Positions 1-12,828 of a DNA stretch of 64,000 nucleotides are shown piece after piece; the first letter of the stretch is position 1; every line of letters starts with the position of its first letter. Below the pieces are notes generated by a model. The model did no database searches. It was not told the DNA's origin and saw only the letters and a program-made list of their open reading frames with translations. Made by a program: the position numbers and the translations under genes. Origin of the DNA: Callorhinchus milii (taxonomy: Eukaryota); contig NW_024704743.1 of assembly GCF_018977255.1 (NCBI RefSeq), positions 44,952,001 to 45,016,000 of the forward strand. The letters are read 5' to 3'.

Positions 1-336
1 GACAATGTCTCTCAAAGAGGCTATAGGACTGTCGGTGTGAGAAAATACCAATTGGTTCAGCTGCGGTTGTTCTTCAAAGCCAGGACTGAAGTATATATTG
101 GGCAAGAGAAGATGGAGTTTTACTCTGCATTGAACCATGCTGTATCTGTTTTGGTAGTGCTTAACGCTGTTGGATGGCTGGTGAATATGAAAGTATTCTA
201 TTTTCCAGCACCAACTCTGTCAGTTTGAGCACAATCTTTACTCTGAAAGATGGGTCAATGACAGCATGAAACAATGTACGCCTGTATGAACTGTTACGCA
301 ATGTACAAAATTTTCCCACTGCAATCTTTTCATGGA

Positions 337-845
337 TCAGTCTGGCTCATTTGGTAGCACTCTTGCCTTTGAGTCAGAAGGTTGTTGGTTCAAGCCCCAC
401 GTCAGGATATTGAACTCATATTGTCTAGGCTGATACTTTAATACAGTGCTGGGGGAGCACTGTATTGTTGGACATGCGAATCTTCAGATGAGAACAACAA
501 CAACAACAAATTTCATTTGTTTAGCAGCTTTCACATCAAGAGCACATCCCAAGGCACTGCCTTGAAGAAGTTAAACAGAGGTCCCTTCTACCTGTTCAGG
601 TGGACATTAAATAGACATGGCACTATTCAAAAAGAGAAGAAAGTTTGTCCAAGTGCCCCGGTCAACAATTCCCCAAATAATTTGCTCACTCACTTTATGT
701 CTGTTTATGGGATGTTCCTATGTACAATTGGCTATCGCATTTGCCTACAAAATACACAGTCACTGCATTACATTATATCCTGTGAAGTGCTTTGAGGCAT
801 CCTCCCATCATGATAAGGCACCACATCAAATGTAAGGATTATTAG
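337..845 (+). mobile_element. Older Deu-domain SINE (SacSINE1-like)
   Basis: GGCTCATTTGGTAGCACTCTTGCC..TGAGTCAGAAGGTTG head, CTGTTCAGGTGGAC..CATGGCACTATT body, Deu core and L2-like tail. A short L2-tail insert lies at 493-559. Confidence 0.8.
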
Positions 846-1499
846 TTTTGTTAAAATGTCAGCAATTACAGTCACGGCATATTACAAATCCTTCCAACGG
901 ACTTTAATCTCAATCGCTATTTAATTACAATTTCTGACACATCATTGTAATGTTTCGTTGTCATGTGTTATATTCTAATGACAAATCACAATAAGTATAT
1001 GAAACATAAGCTATGACATTCCCCTTTAATGGGGAGTGAAGTCCTGATACAAGGTGGAACAATGCAGCTTTTGTTGAAGTCACAAGATTCAATCACAGGA
1101 GTTAGACATCTGTCGCTGTCCAACATGCCAGCCCCACCGGCAAAAAAAANTCACAATGTGTACATTAAACAGCAGCAACTAACGCTGTGTTTGTATCTGT
1201 TATGAACAATATCATCATAGTCTGGAGTGTGTTCTAAAGCATAAATATATCATGGTCTGAAGATAAAGCTGATAAATCACATGAGTTTCACCTCACAGTT
1301 TATGTTGTCACCTCAGCCTCAAAGTGTTACTATAGTATCTTGTAACACACTCCAGATGCTCTCTTATCCTATGTGTAAATATTCTCATTTCTACACAATC
1401 CATCTGCTGGTGTGTATCAGTTATTCACTCTCAAAAGCCATCCTTTATCACTAATATTGATACAGTAGGTACTTTCTTGGGGGGGGAGGGGGGGGGGCA

Positions 1500-2040
1500 G
1501 GTGAGCAGGATCTCTTTGGAGCTGAACTGGCTCCAAGGTGACATGCTTGGCAATGGAGGGTTGAAATCCAGCTAGCCTTCTGTGGCACTCTCGGTAGTCC
1601 AGTTCCCGAGCCAGGTGAGTCCAGAGTATTCCAGAGCACTGCTGATGACAGCACAACCACCATGGCTCATTAGCGGGACCTGGAAGTACAGACAAATCAC
1701 TGGGGACAGGGAGTCATCCCACTGGGCTCCTGTTAACCCTGCAAGCCAAAGCCCTAATGAGTAGGTTGTTCCTAGATGGACAAGCAGCGGGAAAGCTTTC
1801 CGGACAGCAATATCACTGGCAAGATGTGTGGTTTTAGCTGGTTAGACTCCAGCAGTCCCCCAACACACACTCTGGAGTCCCAAGCCTTGGTAAGCAGGAT
1901 GTGTCCCTCCAGAGAGAGTGCGCATTCCATTCCAATAAATATCTTGTGATTCCATGTCGGATGCATGGAACTCTGAATTTGGTTTGGATATTTTTAAGCA
2001 TGGTTATGGCTTTCTGCATGTGTCAGACATCCAGCTGACC
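1500..2040 (+). mobile_element. Unclassified ~550-bp interspersed repeat, copy 1
   Basis: Collinear with 12829-13400 (-) and 17100-17627 (+), e.g. AACCCTGCAAGCCAAAGCCCTAA and AGCAGGATGTGTCC...CATTCCATTCCAATAAATAT. Confidence 0.8.
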
Positions 2041-3773
2041 AAGGAAAAGGAGCGATTGCTGCAAAATGAATCCAGTCATATGGTGCAGCAGTTCGCTAGC
2101 TTCTGGTGAAGGCAGTTGTGTGAAATATTGATGTTGTACAAATGGTATGATATTATATTTTAGACAGTGCTCAAGTAACCAGATTCTTTATATAAAACAA
2201 GGCTCCAACTCAAAGTACGTCTCAATAAGTAAGAGCACCAAAGATTTAGAAGGGGATAAGAAAAGGGGGCAGGGTGACACAGTGGGTGCACAGGACTACA
2301 ACAACAACAACAACAAGATTCCATTTATAGAGCGCCTTTCACGTCAGGAGGACGTCCCAAGGCGCTGCACTAGCTTGTGCAGGGGTTAACCACAGTGTTT
2401 TACCTCCAGATAATGGGTTCAGATTTAGTTCAAACTGATGAGAAGACAAAAATTCTCTCTCTGCCAGCTGTGAGAATCATAGGTTAAAGGAGTTTGGGCG
2501 GTCGCAATCCATTTCCTAATGGGCGTGAGCCCAGAGCACAAAACACACTGTAATTCCGTGCGAGTGACACTGGGTTGGCAACTGAGACAAAGTTGCCATT
2601 GGAATGGCACTTGTAAGAAATTGAAGTATTACTTTGGGCAATGTAGAGGGCTCTTCTGAGACTGAGGTAAAGCATTGGCAGGGCAAGTTATTGATAGTTT
2701 TGTTTCTACATCTGCCACACTTATCTTGGCAGACTGAGAGTTCCACAAATGTATCCCACTTATACGTGGAGATATCCCTGTGTCTGGAATAAATTGTACG
2801 CACTCTCACTGAAGGGAGATACCCTGCTTACCTAATTCTGAAAAGCATTACATAATAATAATTTTTTGCATTTGATATATTATTGCATCATTGAAACATC
2901 TCAAAGTATTCACAGGTTTACTGCAAAGTGAAGTGACTGTTTAGTTGAAGATGAATGACACAGGTTGGCGAGGGCAGGTTTGAAGACCTTGGAGTGTCCT
3001 TTAAGTACTGTTGGATTTTAACCAATTCAAACTACGTAGCTTGTTATTGAGAGCACTGTTTGGCAAGCTTCCTGATGTTTGACCAGCTAGAACCCCCGAG
3101 GTTTTGGAGTCTCTTAAGCATGGTAATGCATTTAGATTGGGTCAGACACCCGGCTGATCCCTGCTTCCCCCAAAAAGATCATTGTTCATTCTAGTGTTAG
3201 GGTTGTGTTCATATTGTGACATAGTCTATTGGCCACATCACAATTTTCAAGTTTTCCACAGACACATTGAAGCAAACACTTCAGGAAAAGAGCTGCAAAA
3301 TTACTGAACAGATTACATTCAAACAAAATATTATCAAAATATACACAAGCTCCATCGTCCACCACACCCAATAAGGAATAGTTGTAGTACACTGGTACAG
3401 AAACACAGAACCATGTAGATAAGCTTGAAATAAAACAGGTGAAAAACAGAGCCTAGAACAAAAATCTGCTGAGCTTGATTAACCCTATTACTGGAGAATC
3501 CAACCATATCCCTGCAAACCAAAATAGTATTTATCCGAAACTCAAAAGCAGTTTTACTGTTTCACTGAGGCATAAAATAAGCCATTTCTGAAACACTCCC
3601 AACATCCTTTGGGCCTCTGCACCCACTGCAGGGTTTTCACTATGTCGAGTTCTTATAAAATCTATTTTAATGGAGTTCGCCTGTGCGCCTACCCACCCAA
3701 TCATCCAATCATTCAGCTTCACATGACTTGCAGCAGGCAACATGTAGCCAAGCGTGAGACATTAGGACAAAGA

Positions 3774-4680
3774 TCTGTCAGACATCAAGTCCTGGATGAG
3801 AACTAACCTTCTACAGTTGAACATCAACAAGATCGAGGCTCCCCCGATTGGCTTCCATCAGAGCCTCCACACCTCAGGCACTGAGAGCATCACCATCTAA
3901 GGATGCACACGCCACCTCACTGAGCCAGTGCGGAACCTTGGCATCTTGTTTGACCTTCAACTATCCTTTCTACCCCACATCTGTGCCATGACCTGCTCTG
4001 CCTTCCCCCACCTCCGCAACATCGCCTGGCTCTGCCACTGTCTCACACCACAGGTCAATGAGATCCTCATACAGGCTTTCATGTCATCCAGGCTTGACTA
4101 TGCAAACTCCTTGTTGGCCACCCAAACTCCTCCCTCCACAAGCTGCAGATCATCCATAACTTTGCAGCCCGTGTCCTCTCCCGCACCAGGCTCCGTTGAC
4201 CCTATCACCCCCGTCCTCGCCCAACTCCACTGGCTTCCCATCACACAGAGGATGCAGTTCAAGATCCTGGTCCTCACCTTCAAAGCGATCCATGATCTGG
4301 CTCTCCCCTACCTCTGCAACCTCCTAACCCCCTAGCAATCTGCCATATCACTCCACTCAGTGGGCTCCAGCCTGCTTCACGTCCCCTGCCTCACCTGCGC
4401 CACCATTGGTGGGCGGGCCTTCAGCCACTCTGCCCCACCCTCTAGAACTCCATCCCACACACCGTCTGTCTCGCCCATTCCCTTGCCTCCTTCAAGACCC
4501 ATCTCAAGACCCTCCTCTTCGACCATGCCTTTGATCAGCATCCTTCCCCTGCTGCCCTCCACCCTTCCTGATCCTGACCCCCAGCTCAGGTCCGAAACAC
4601 TGATTGTCCAGTACCTTGGGACATCCTCCCAACGTGAAAGGCGCTATACAAATGTAATTTTCTTGTTGTTGTTGTTGTTG
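3774..4680 (+). mobile_element. L2-clade LINE, 5'-truncated 3' fragment
   Basis: Decayed RT C-terminus (RNLGILFD...SRLDYANSLL, LHWLPITQRMQFKILVLTFKA, IGGRAFS), 3' stem-loop and (TTG)n tail. Confidence 0.92.
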
Positions 4681-5304
4681 AGTCCAGCTAGGGCTGTCTT
4701 ACGGATGTAGAGATTTGTCTTACAGCTTTGGGGATATGTATACCTTCTCGTCTTGTCATCTCAGCCCAAGGGAAACATCATCTACCTCTTGATTGCAACC
4801 CTCCCACCCCATCCCGCCCCAGGGAATTTTTTAGACACTGATGTCAATCAACCTGATAAAGAGGGATGACTGAACAGATCGATAGAATTTCATCCCAGGA
4901 TCCTTCAATCCTAAATTTGGCTTTAGACTTTCTGACCAACCCAGACTTGTGTTGGACATTAAGGAATCACAGGGTGTGGGGTGGGGGGAGATGAAGATGG
5001 GAATATTCCTTTTGGTCTTTACATTTGGGAGCTTGTGTTGTATTTTGCCAAACACTGTGGGCAAGGAAAATGCAACCTGAAAATGCAAAGTACAAAGCAG
5101 CTCTATAATAATACAGTTGCAGTGTAGACCCCATTCGTTGAGCATGCGCATTTCCAGCTTGTTCGCTTCCTGCATGCTGGCCAGTTCTTACATTAAAGTG
5201 GCCACATTCCGAGTCATTTAGCCAATATGGATGTCACTTCCTGCATTTAGCACACACTAGTGCATGGGAAGTGAGATCAATGGGGAAGACCTGGAAATTA
5301 ATTA

Positions 5305-5460
5305 ATCTTCTCTGCTCCAAGGAGAACAACCCCAGCTTCTCTAGTCTCTCCTCATAACTAAAGTCCCTCATCCCTGGTACCTTTCTGGTAAATCTTCCCT
5401 GCACCCTCTCCAAGACCTTGATATCCTTCCTAAAGTGTGGTGCCCAGAATTGGACACAAT
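5305..5460 (-). mobile_element. CR1 LINE internal fragment
   Basis: Reverse complement reads [23 protein letters not shown], homologous to 33490-33650. Confidence 0.8.
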
Positions 5461-5958
5461 GCTAGGATCGGCTTTGTGCCTCTGGTTTATTGAGGACAAA
5501 GATCCACGAGTTCTCCAATAGCTCACAAGGCAAGTTCAATGCCCAATGTGAAATTTATGCCGGGTTGGTCCCAAACTTGATCTAAACCTCTGCTGAGTTT
5601 CTGATCTCAGCCAGAACCATAGCAGGGCAAGACAATTAGCCTTGGTTACCTTAGGCTAAAGAGAGAAGGGTGTGGGGGGGAAATTATACAAGATTCCTGC
5701 CCCTACTCACTATTCTGTGAAGCATCCCAGACCCTTGCGTTTAGATGTCGGCTGAGAACATTGGGCAGGGATAGTATTTCTACCATTATTATTATTACCA
5801 TTACCATTATTGTCAGTGTTGTTTGACACCATTAATATCACAATGGTGTATATATATACACAGGTCATTATGTGAGAGACACCATTAATATCATCTCACA
5901 CACACATAAATATATTAATGGTGTCTTTCACCATTAGTGTGTGAGAGACACCATTAAT

Positions 5959-6270
5959 GTGGAGTCCTGTAGCTCAGTGGTTAGAACACTCATCTCGCGC
6001 ACGAGAGACCTGTATTCGATTCCCGGCAGGGTGAAACCTTGGGCAAGTTTCCTTACTCCACACGCCTGACAATAATCACTTAAGAAAAAAAATTGGTCAC
6101 TTCAATCTACGACTGTTTGTGGGACACTGCTGTGTGCAATTGGCTGCTGCGTTTCGCCCACAAATATACAGTCAATTCACTTTACAGTATATTCTGTGAA
6201 GCACTTTGTAACATCTAGTAGATGTGAAAAGCGCTATATAAAATGCAAGGATAATCATTATTATTATTAT
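5959..6270 (+). mobile_element. Young tRNA-derived Deu-domain SINE
   Basis: tRNA head (TAGCTCAGTGG A box, TTCGATTCCC B box), Deu-like core GGGACACTGCTGTGTGCAATTGGCTGC, L2-like tail AAATGCAAGG(ATT)n. Confidence 0.9.
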
Positions 6271-9184
6271 TCTCCCATCACTGACCTGGAAAAATGAACA
6301 GAAGGGTCTCTTTAGTATGTGATGCACTTCTATGGTTAAATGTACAAAATTATCCCCCCCCCCCCCCATGAATGGCACACTGTAAACGACCAATTGCAGT
6401 GATAGAGAGGATTGAGCCCAGCCTCCTGTACAGTGTTTGCTTTTAAAGAAACGGGAATCTGACCACCGGGTCGCCAGTGGCCACCCCGCGCCCCCACCGG
6501 CTTTAATTGCTCAACAAAGACAGACGATCTCCATACTTTGCTTTCATCAATGCTACCCCCATCCTTCCAACAACTCTGCATTTAAAGCATGGGCACATTT
6601 GGTCCAAGTTTGGTCCCCTCTGGTTCTCAACCTTTTGATTTTCCAGCAGACTTTTCATTCAAAATTAAAGCGTGAAGGGCACTATATAAATGCAAGTTGT
6701 TGTTGTTGTTCACTCTTCTTACAATAAAACACAATTCACTTTACATTCATATACTGTAGTGTCTTTCACGTTGGGAGGACATCTCTGAGTGCTTGCTTTC
6801 TTACTTCTTGCCTTCCACTGGCCCTCCTCCTATTGAACCTCCCTCCTCCTATTGAACAGCTTGACAATGCTCACACACAGGAAGAAAGGTAACTTGAGTA
6901 AGGAGGTCGCACCCTTGAAACTACAGCCCAGAATGGATGAGGAGAGGGGCAAAAAGGGTTTGTGAAATAGGTTTTCACGAAGAGCACTGCTATTAAATGT
7001 GCACCTTGAAGGCAGGTTGCACAACAATAAAAATAAGTATCATACAATTGAGAAAAGTAGAAATGTATTCTAATTATAGTATCTTAATTCTAGAAGTGGC
7101 AACTTTATCGTGTCTACATGGTTGTGTTTTGAGACAATTAAAAAGTGAATTTAAAGTAGCCTTTAAAAAATGTTGCCATATTCATTTTCCAATGAGGTAG
7201 ACATTAGAAATATATCCCAATCAGTCTTTTTTTCTAAAAAGAATTACATTGGAGCAGGTGGCCCAGAATGGAGCTAATGTGACTCCAACTTCAGTGAAAC
7301 AGCTGAAGCCCAGTGATTACTCCAAATGCAGACTTCAATTTTGCTGTCAAATTTTTAATGAGCCTTGAAGAAAGAGTAGCAGATGTTTGAGTCCACACCC
7401 TAAAAGTCAGACCGGCCACCCAGAGTTTAAAGAAGCCTTTGCGTTCTCCAGTCAGTCTTCATGGAGCTAACAATGCAAGGGAATTTGTACTGCACACAAC
7501 CCTAATCTGCATGTTGCTGCTAGTTTGAAATCCTGTGCTATTTCTGTTATACATGGAGAATATATATGTCTGTTTCCCCAGGAGCTGCTTTGTATTTAAG
7601 GAGTGGCAACTAATACTAACTGCTAACAGTCACTGTATTGCAACATCTAAGTTGCTGTAATGCACATTAACCCCCTGGAGTATTATAGCAGGAGTTAATT
7701 TTTCTACTGTACGTTTTTCCCCCCATATGTGCAATAAAACTCATAAGACTAATGGTTATGAGTTCATTGGGATAATTTTGGTTTGTTTTCTCAATAGAAG
7801 GGCTGGTTGCAGCAGTGAAGTAATCCTACTTTTAGTGCCTTATTTCACTGATTAATATGTATAACCATATTGTAATGTTTGCTAGCCAAATACATACAAG
7901 TTTATAATTTGCCAGATTTTACTGGATGCACAGGCTTTTCTTGTTAAATTTACTGTGTTTGACTTGGAAGAGTGCCAGAAAGAGGTTCAGATATTCTACA
8001 AAAGGTTTTGTGAGACAGGACAAAAGGTTGTTAAGCAAACACAGTTTTTTTCAAAGAAAGCAAATGTCATTTATTTGTTCAGATGCAAAAAACGCTTCAC
8101 TACATAAACATTTAATAATTCGATGGTTCATTTAGAGGTTCATGTCCCATTTTTCTCTTATTAGAGTTTCTACAAAAACACTGGCGGCTGGCTGAAAGAT
8201 TTAGTTTGCACCTATGTGATATTAGTGTAATTGTGTGCTATGTCAGTGGCCTTAGCTTGCACCCTATAAAGGTTTAGTTGCCGATTTATTTCATCTGATA
8301 TCTTTACTCCAGTGAAAGTGATTTTTTNCGATGGATCTAATTGCAATTCTGTAAAAAACATAAGACCAACGGAGAAGTTTAGTCTGGTTCCTAGTGTTGG
8401 AATAGCCCCCGCTTCAAAAAAAATCCCTTCTTCGCATTTATATTGCTATCTATATTCATGTGAACCTTTGTATATGCGATTGGAAGAGGAGGATCCAGAC
8501 ATTGTTATCATCAGTGCTCCTTGATGAGTCTGTTGGAACATGTGTTTGAGCTGAACTCTCTCTGACCAGCTTTGCTCCTTCTCCCTGAACTCTGACTGAC
8601 AAGTCATGGTTGTAAGGAACTCAAGAGGTTCTTACTGCTAGGACGTGCTCCAGGTTTGTTAAAAAAATCTTAAACTTACTGAAAAATACGAGGTTTCATT
8701 CTAGAATCCATAATTATTGATTTTTTTTATTGAATCTGTTAAGAATATTGCATTTTACCATTTAATCCTAAAGCCTGGCGCCCTAGGTCTCATATAATCA
8801 TTTGTTATACATATTTGCATTTTCAGAGAGCAATAGCTGTAAAGGAAATTATTCTGCATTGTGTGCTTCTGTTAGTGAATTAGTTAATGTAGGATACGTT
8901 ATCCTTGTCTGCTTGATAGGTTTAGCAAATTTATCACTGTGTACATATAATAATAATAATCCGTGCTTTGACATAGTGCCTTATCATGTCTTCGAGACGT
9001 CTCAAAGCACTTCACAGAGTATAGTGTAAAGTGATTGACTGTATATTTTGAGGACAAAACAAATAAGTGTTAATGGGAAATATACTTTTAAAATTCCATT
9101 GTATTTATTTAAAAACGCACAGGACAAGCTCCAAAACTGGACTGAATGGAACAATTATCCCATACCAATTAATTTGTTTAAGGG

Positions 9185-9185
<1 letters not shown>

Positions 9186-9240
<55 letters not shown>

Positions 9241-9543
9241 CCTTGCATTTGATATAGCGCTTTTCACATCTTCTAGACGACTCAAAGCGCTTCACAGAAT
9301 ATACTGTAAAGTGAATTGACTGTATATTTGTGGGCGAAATGCGGCAGCCAATTGTACACAGCAGTGTCCCACAAACAGTTGTGGATTGAAGTGGCCAATT
9401 TATTATTGTTTTTTTTTCTTAAGGGATTATTATCAGGCGTGTGGAGTAAGGAAATTTGCCAAGGTTTCACCCTGCCAGGAATCGAACCCAGGTCTCTTGT
9501 GTGCGAGGCGAGTGCTCTAACCACTGAGCTAAAGGACTCCACA
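9186..9543 (-). mobile_element. Young tRNA-derived Deu-domain SINE with long (ATT)n tail
   Basis: Reverse complement of the 5959-6270 element, with (AAT)n at 9186-9240. Confidence 0.9.
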
Positions 9544-10039
9544 CTGAGTTATCTTACTGGATAACCAGTAAAATAACTACAAACTAGCAGATTGGTTCCA
9601 GAAAATGCTATGAATGGCCTATACCATATATAACACAAATTTATAATTCTTACAAAGGGGAAGCAACCAACAGTACAACAGAAGTATTGAATAATTATTT
9701 TTTAATATGTAAGTTTCACATTCTATTAACCATTCTTATGGTCTTTCTGGGTTTTCTCACCTAACAGGACATTTGACCCTACTGGGCCCAACATATTTTA
9801 CACAAGTTAATCTCCGATTATGTCCTTGTACCAAGGTTGTTAGCTGGTGAACCAATGAACCGCTGATAGTATGTAAACTATTGTGCTGTAGGTAAGTTCC
9901 TTGTCAAAACACAAAACTGTAGCTTTGCACTATTCAGAAAGCTTTATGTTACTAAGTAAGATGGCACATTGTTGCTCATTTCATGCTTTGGGTAATAATG
10001 GCCCATGAAGACACATCAACGTTTACAGATTTGCACTGA

Positions 10040-11745
10040 AAACAACAACAACAACTTGTATAGCACCCTCCATGCAGGGTAGCATCTCAGAGCACTTAAC
10101 AGTGGCGGAGCCTGACTCCAACCCAGGGGGGAGGGTGGAGGTGGCCGTAAGCATGGTCGAAGAGGAAAGTTTTCGGGTGGGATTAAAAGAGGGGAGAGAT
10201 GGGGCAAGGTGGAAGGATTGAGGGAGAGTGTTCCAGAGTTTCAGAGCATAGTGGCTTAAAGCGCGACCTCCGATGCTGAGGCAGAGGGTGCGAAGGACGA
10301 GCAGGAGACCAGTGCCAGTCGAGTGGAGGCACTGGGTGGTGGATTGGGGAGTGAGAAGGTCGGAGAGGTGGGGAGGTACCACGGAGTCAATGGATTTGAA
10401 TACGAGCGTGAGGATCTTGAAGTTGATCCGTTTAGTGACATCAAGTCCTGAACGAGGGCCAACTTTCTCCAACTCAACGTCAGCAAGACCGAGGCCCTCC
10501 TGATTGGCTCTTGCCAGCGCCTCCGCACTGCAGGCACTGGCAGCATCAGCCTCCACGGCTGCACGCTCAACCTCACTAAGCCAGTCAGGAAGCTGGGTAT
10601 CTTGTTTAACCCTAAACTGTCCTTTCTTCCCCACATCCACGCCATGACGGACACTGCCTACCACCATCTCCGCAGCATTGCCAGATTCCGCCACTGCCTC
10701 ACCCCTCAGGCTGCTGAAACCTTCACCCACGCATTTGTCACCTCAAGGCTTGATTACGGGAACTCCCTCCTCATCGGCCTTCCCAACTCTTCCCTTCACA
10801 AGCTGCAGATCATCCAAAACTCTGCAGCTCGTGTACTCTCACACATCAGGCTCCGTGACCCCATCACTCCCACCCTCGCCCGACTCCACTGGCTCCCCAT
10901 CCCCCAGAGGGTCAAGTTCAAGATCCTCGTCCTCACCTTTAAGCCATCCATGGCCTTGTCCCCTCCTATCTCTCTGACCTGCTGACTCCCTACCAACCTG
11001 CCCGCTCCCTCCATTCAGCGGGCTCCGGCCTGCTCCATGTCTCCCGCCCGACCCACCCTACCATCGGTGGCCGGGCTTTCAGCCTCTCTGCCCTCACACT
11101 CTGGAGCTCCACCCCACGGTCCCTTTGCCTCGCTTCCTCCCTTGCCTCCTTCAAGGTCGGTCTCAAGATCCTTCTCTTTGACCGTGCCTTTAGTCTCTCT
11201 CCCACCTTTCTACCTTCCCTCACCCCTACACCACCCCTCCCCCATGCTCGGGCCCAAGCATCTGACTGTCCAGCGCTTTGGGACATCCTCCCGACGTGAA
11301 AAATAAATGAAATTTTGTTGTTGTTGTTGTTGATGGGGAGCCAGTGGAGCCTGGCCAGAACTGGTGAGGTGTGTACGGAGTTTGGTCTGGGTCAGTATGC
11401 GGGCGGCAGAATTCTGAATGAGCTGGATCTTTTGAATGGTGGAGCTGGGGAGGCTGGCGAGGAGTGCATTGGAATAATCCAAGTGGGAAGTGACAAACGC
11501 GTGCACAAGGGTTTCGGCTGCATTTGGGGGTCAGGTACGGTCGAAGGCAGACAATGTGGTGGAGGTGGAAGAAGGTGGTCCTGCTCAGGGACCGGATGTG
11601 GGGGAGGAAGGATAGCTGGGGTTCAAACTGGATGCCCAGGTTGCATACTGGTTTGTTGTATCTGAGGAAGAGCTCAGGGAGTTTGAGGAGTTTAGATCCG
11701 CAGGAGTGAAGATGTTGATGGGAGCCAAGAAGTATGGCTTGTGCA
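10040..11745 (-). mobile_element. L2 LINE fragment split by an inserted L2 (pieces 10040-10438 and 11331-11745)
   Basis: The minus-strand pieces rejoin in frame as HWLPI/TKRINFKILTLVFKS. The (TTG)n tail is at ~10040-10055. Confidence 0.9.
10439..11330 (+). mobile_element. L2 LINE 3' fragment inserted into the minus-strand L2
   Basis: ORF HAFVTSRLDYGNSLLIGLP...QIIQNSAARVL...LHWLPIPQRVKFKILVLTFK, with stem-loop and (TTG)n tail. Confidence 0.92.
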
Positions 11746-12828
11746 CATAAAACATGTACATAAAAGGAACTACCACAGTACACTGACAACATTGTAAGAA
11801 ATCGAGTGCAGTTCATAAACAGGTAATTATTTTTTTGCCTCCGAACCGTTGCAGGATTTTATGACAGCAGAAATCTTTACTGGGGTGTTATTAGATACTA
11901 TTTTGCTATTTTTTTCGTTAGTAATACAGGCATGTTCTGAACCTATTACTGATTATTGAACAGTTACTTTTATCCTTTCTGAAAATATACCAAGCAATAA
12001 TTTGTATTACACATTCATTACCCTATACAGCAATGTGCCTTCCAAATAATAATCTAAAGTCTGTAAATTGAAAACTACCACATAATGCAAAATGCATGTA
12101 GAAGCTCGGAATATAGACACAATTTTAAAAACAAGTGAATGGCTCCTTCTGCAAATGGAGATTTACATTCTTAAACGTACCATTATTGAGCCAATGATGT
12201 TCTCAAAGCTCAAACTATGACTTCAAGACTAGATATCACAGTCAAATATCTTGCTGAGTGCTGAGGGTAGGAACATATAATATTTATTATCCATATCAAT
12301 ATGTTTGCACAGCACAGTGTTTCATGATTTGAAATGTTTCTGTATTTCTTCACTCATATAGTTCATAATTTGCCTGAGTCTACTGGATGCACAGCCCTTT
12401 TGCTGAATTTACAGTACTTTATTTGACTGAAAATATTACCTTCTGGTAGTGGGTTGATTGCCAGAATGAAGCAAACACACTACAGTTCTACTCAAAACAG
12501 CAAGATACTCCAAATGTTCTGTCATTTAGTTTAGCACACGTTCCCACTAACTATACTAAGTAGTAATGTTTACATTGGATTTCACAGAATCAATTCATTT
12601 GCAAGGTCTCCTTCGGTCTGTCTGGCACAGCTGCTTGCTTTTATCAGTCTCACATGTTTCTCTGTTGCAAACCTTAATGACAATTATATTAGTCCGTTTA
12701 TCTAAAAATGATAATAATGTCAGCATTAATTTCATTAAGCATAAACCTGATAAATGGAGTTATTCTTTTCCCCTATTTTGGCCATATTCTAAATGTGTAC
12801 AACATCCTCTTAAACTTCAATTTTGTTT

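Noticed and set aside
5959..6035. tRNA genes at SINE heads (also ~9470-9543, 24385, 27898, 58337, 62780)
   Set aside because: The A/B boxes continue into SINE bodies and tails, so these are not stand-alone tRNAs.
8552..8568. Imperfect DR5 (TGGTCA-gagag-AGTTCA on minus)
   Set aside because: One half-site is mismatched; such sites are expected by chance in 64 kb.
10023..10730. 235-aa minus-strand ORF
   Set aside because: It is a chimera of the antisense inserted L2 and the host L2 across the insertion junction.
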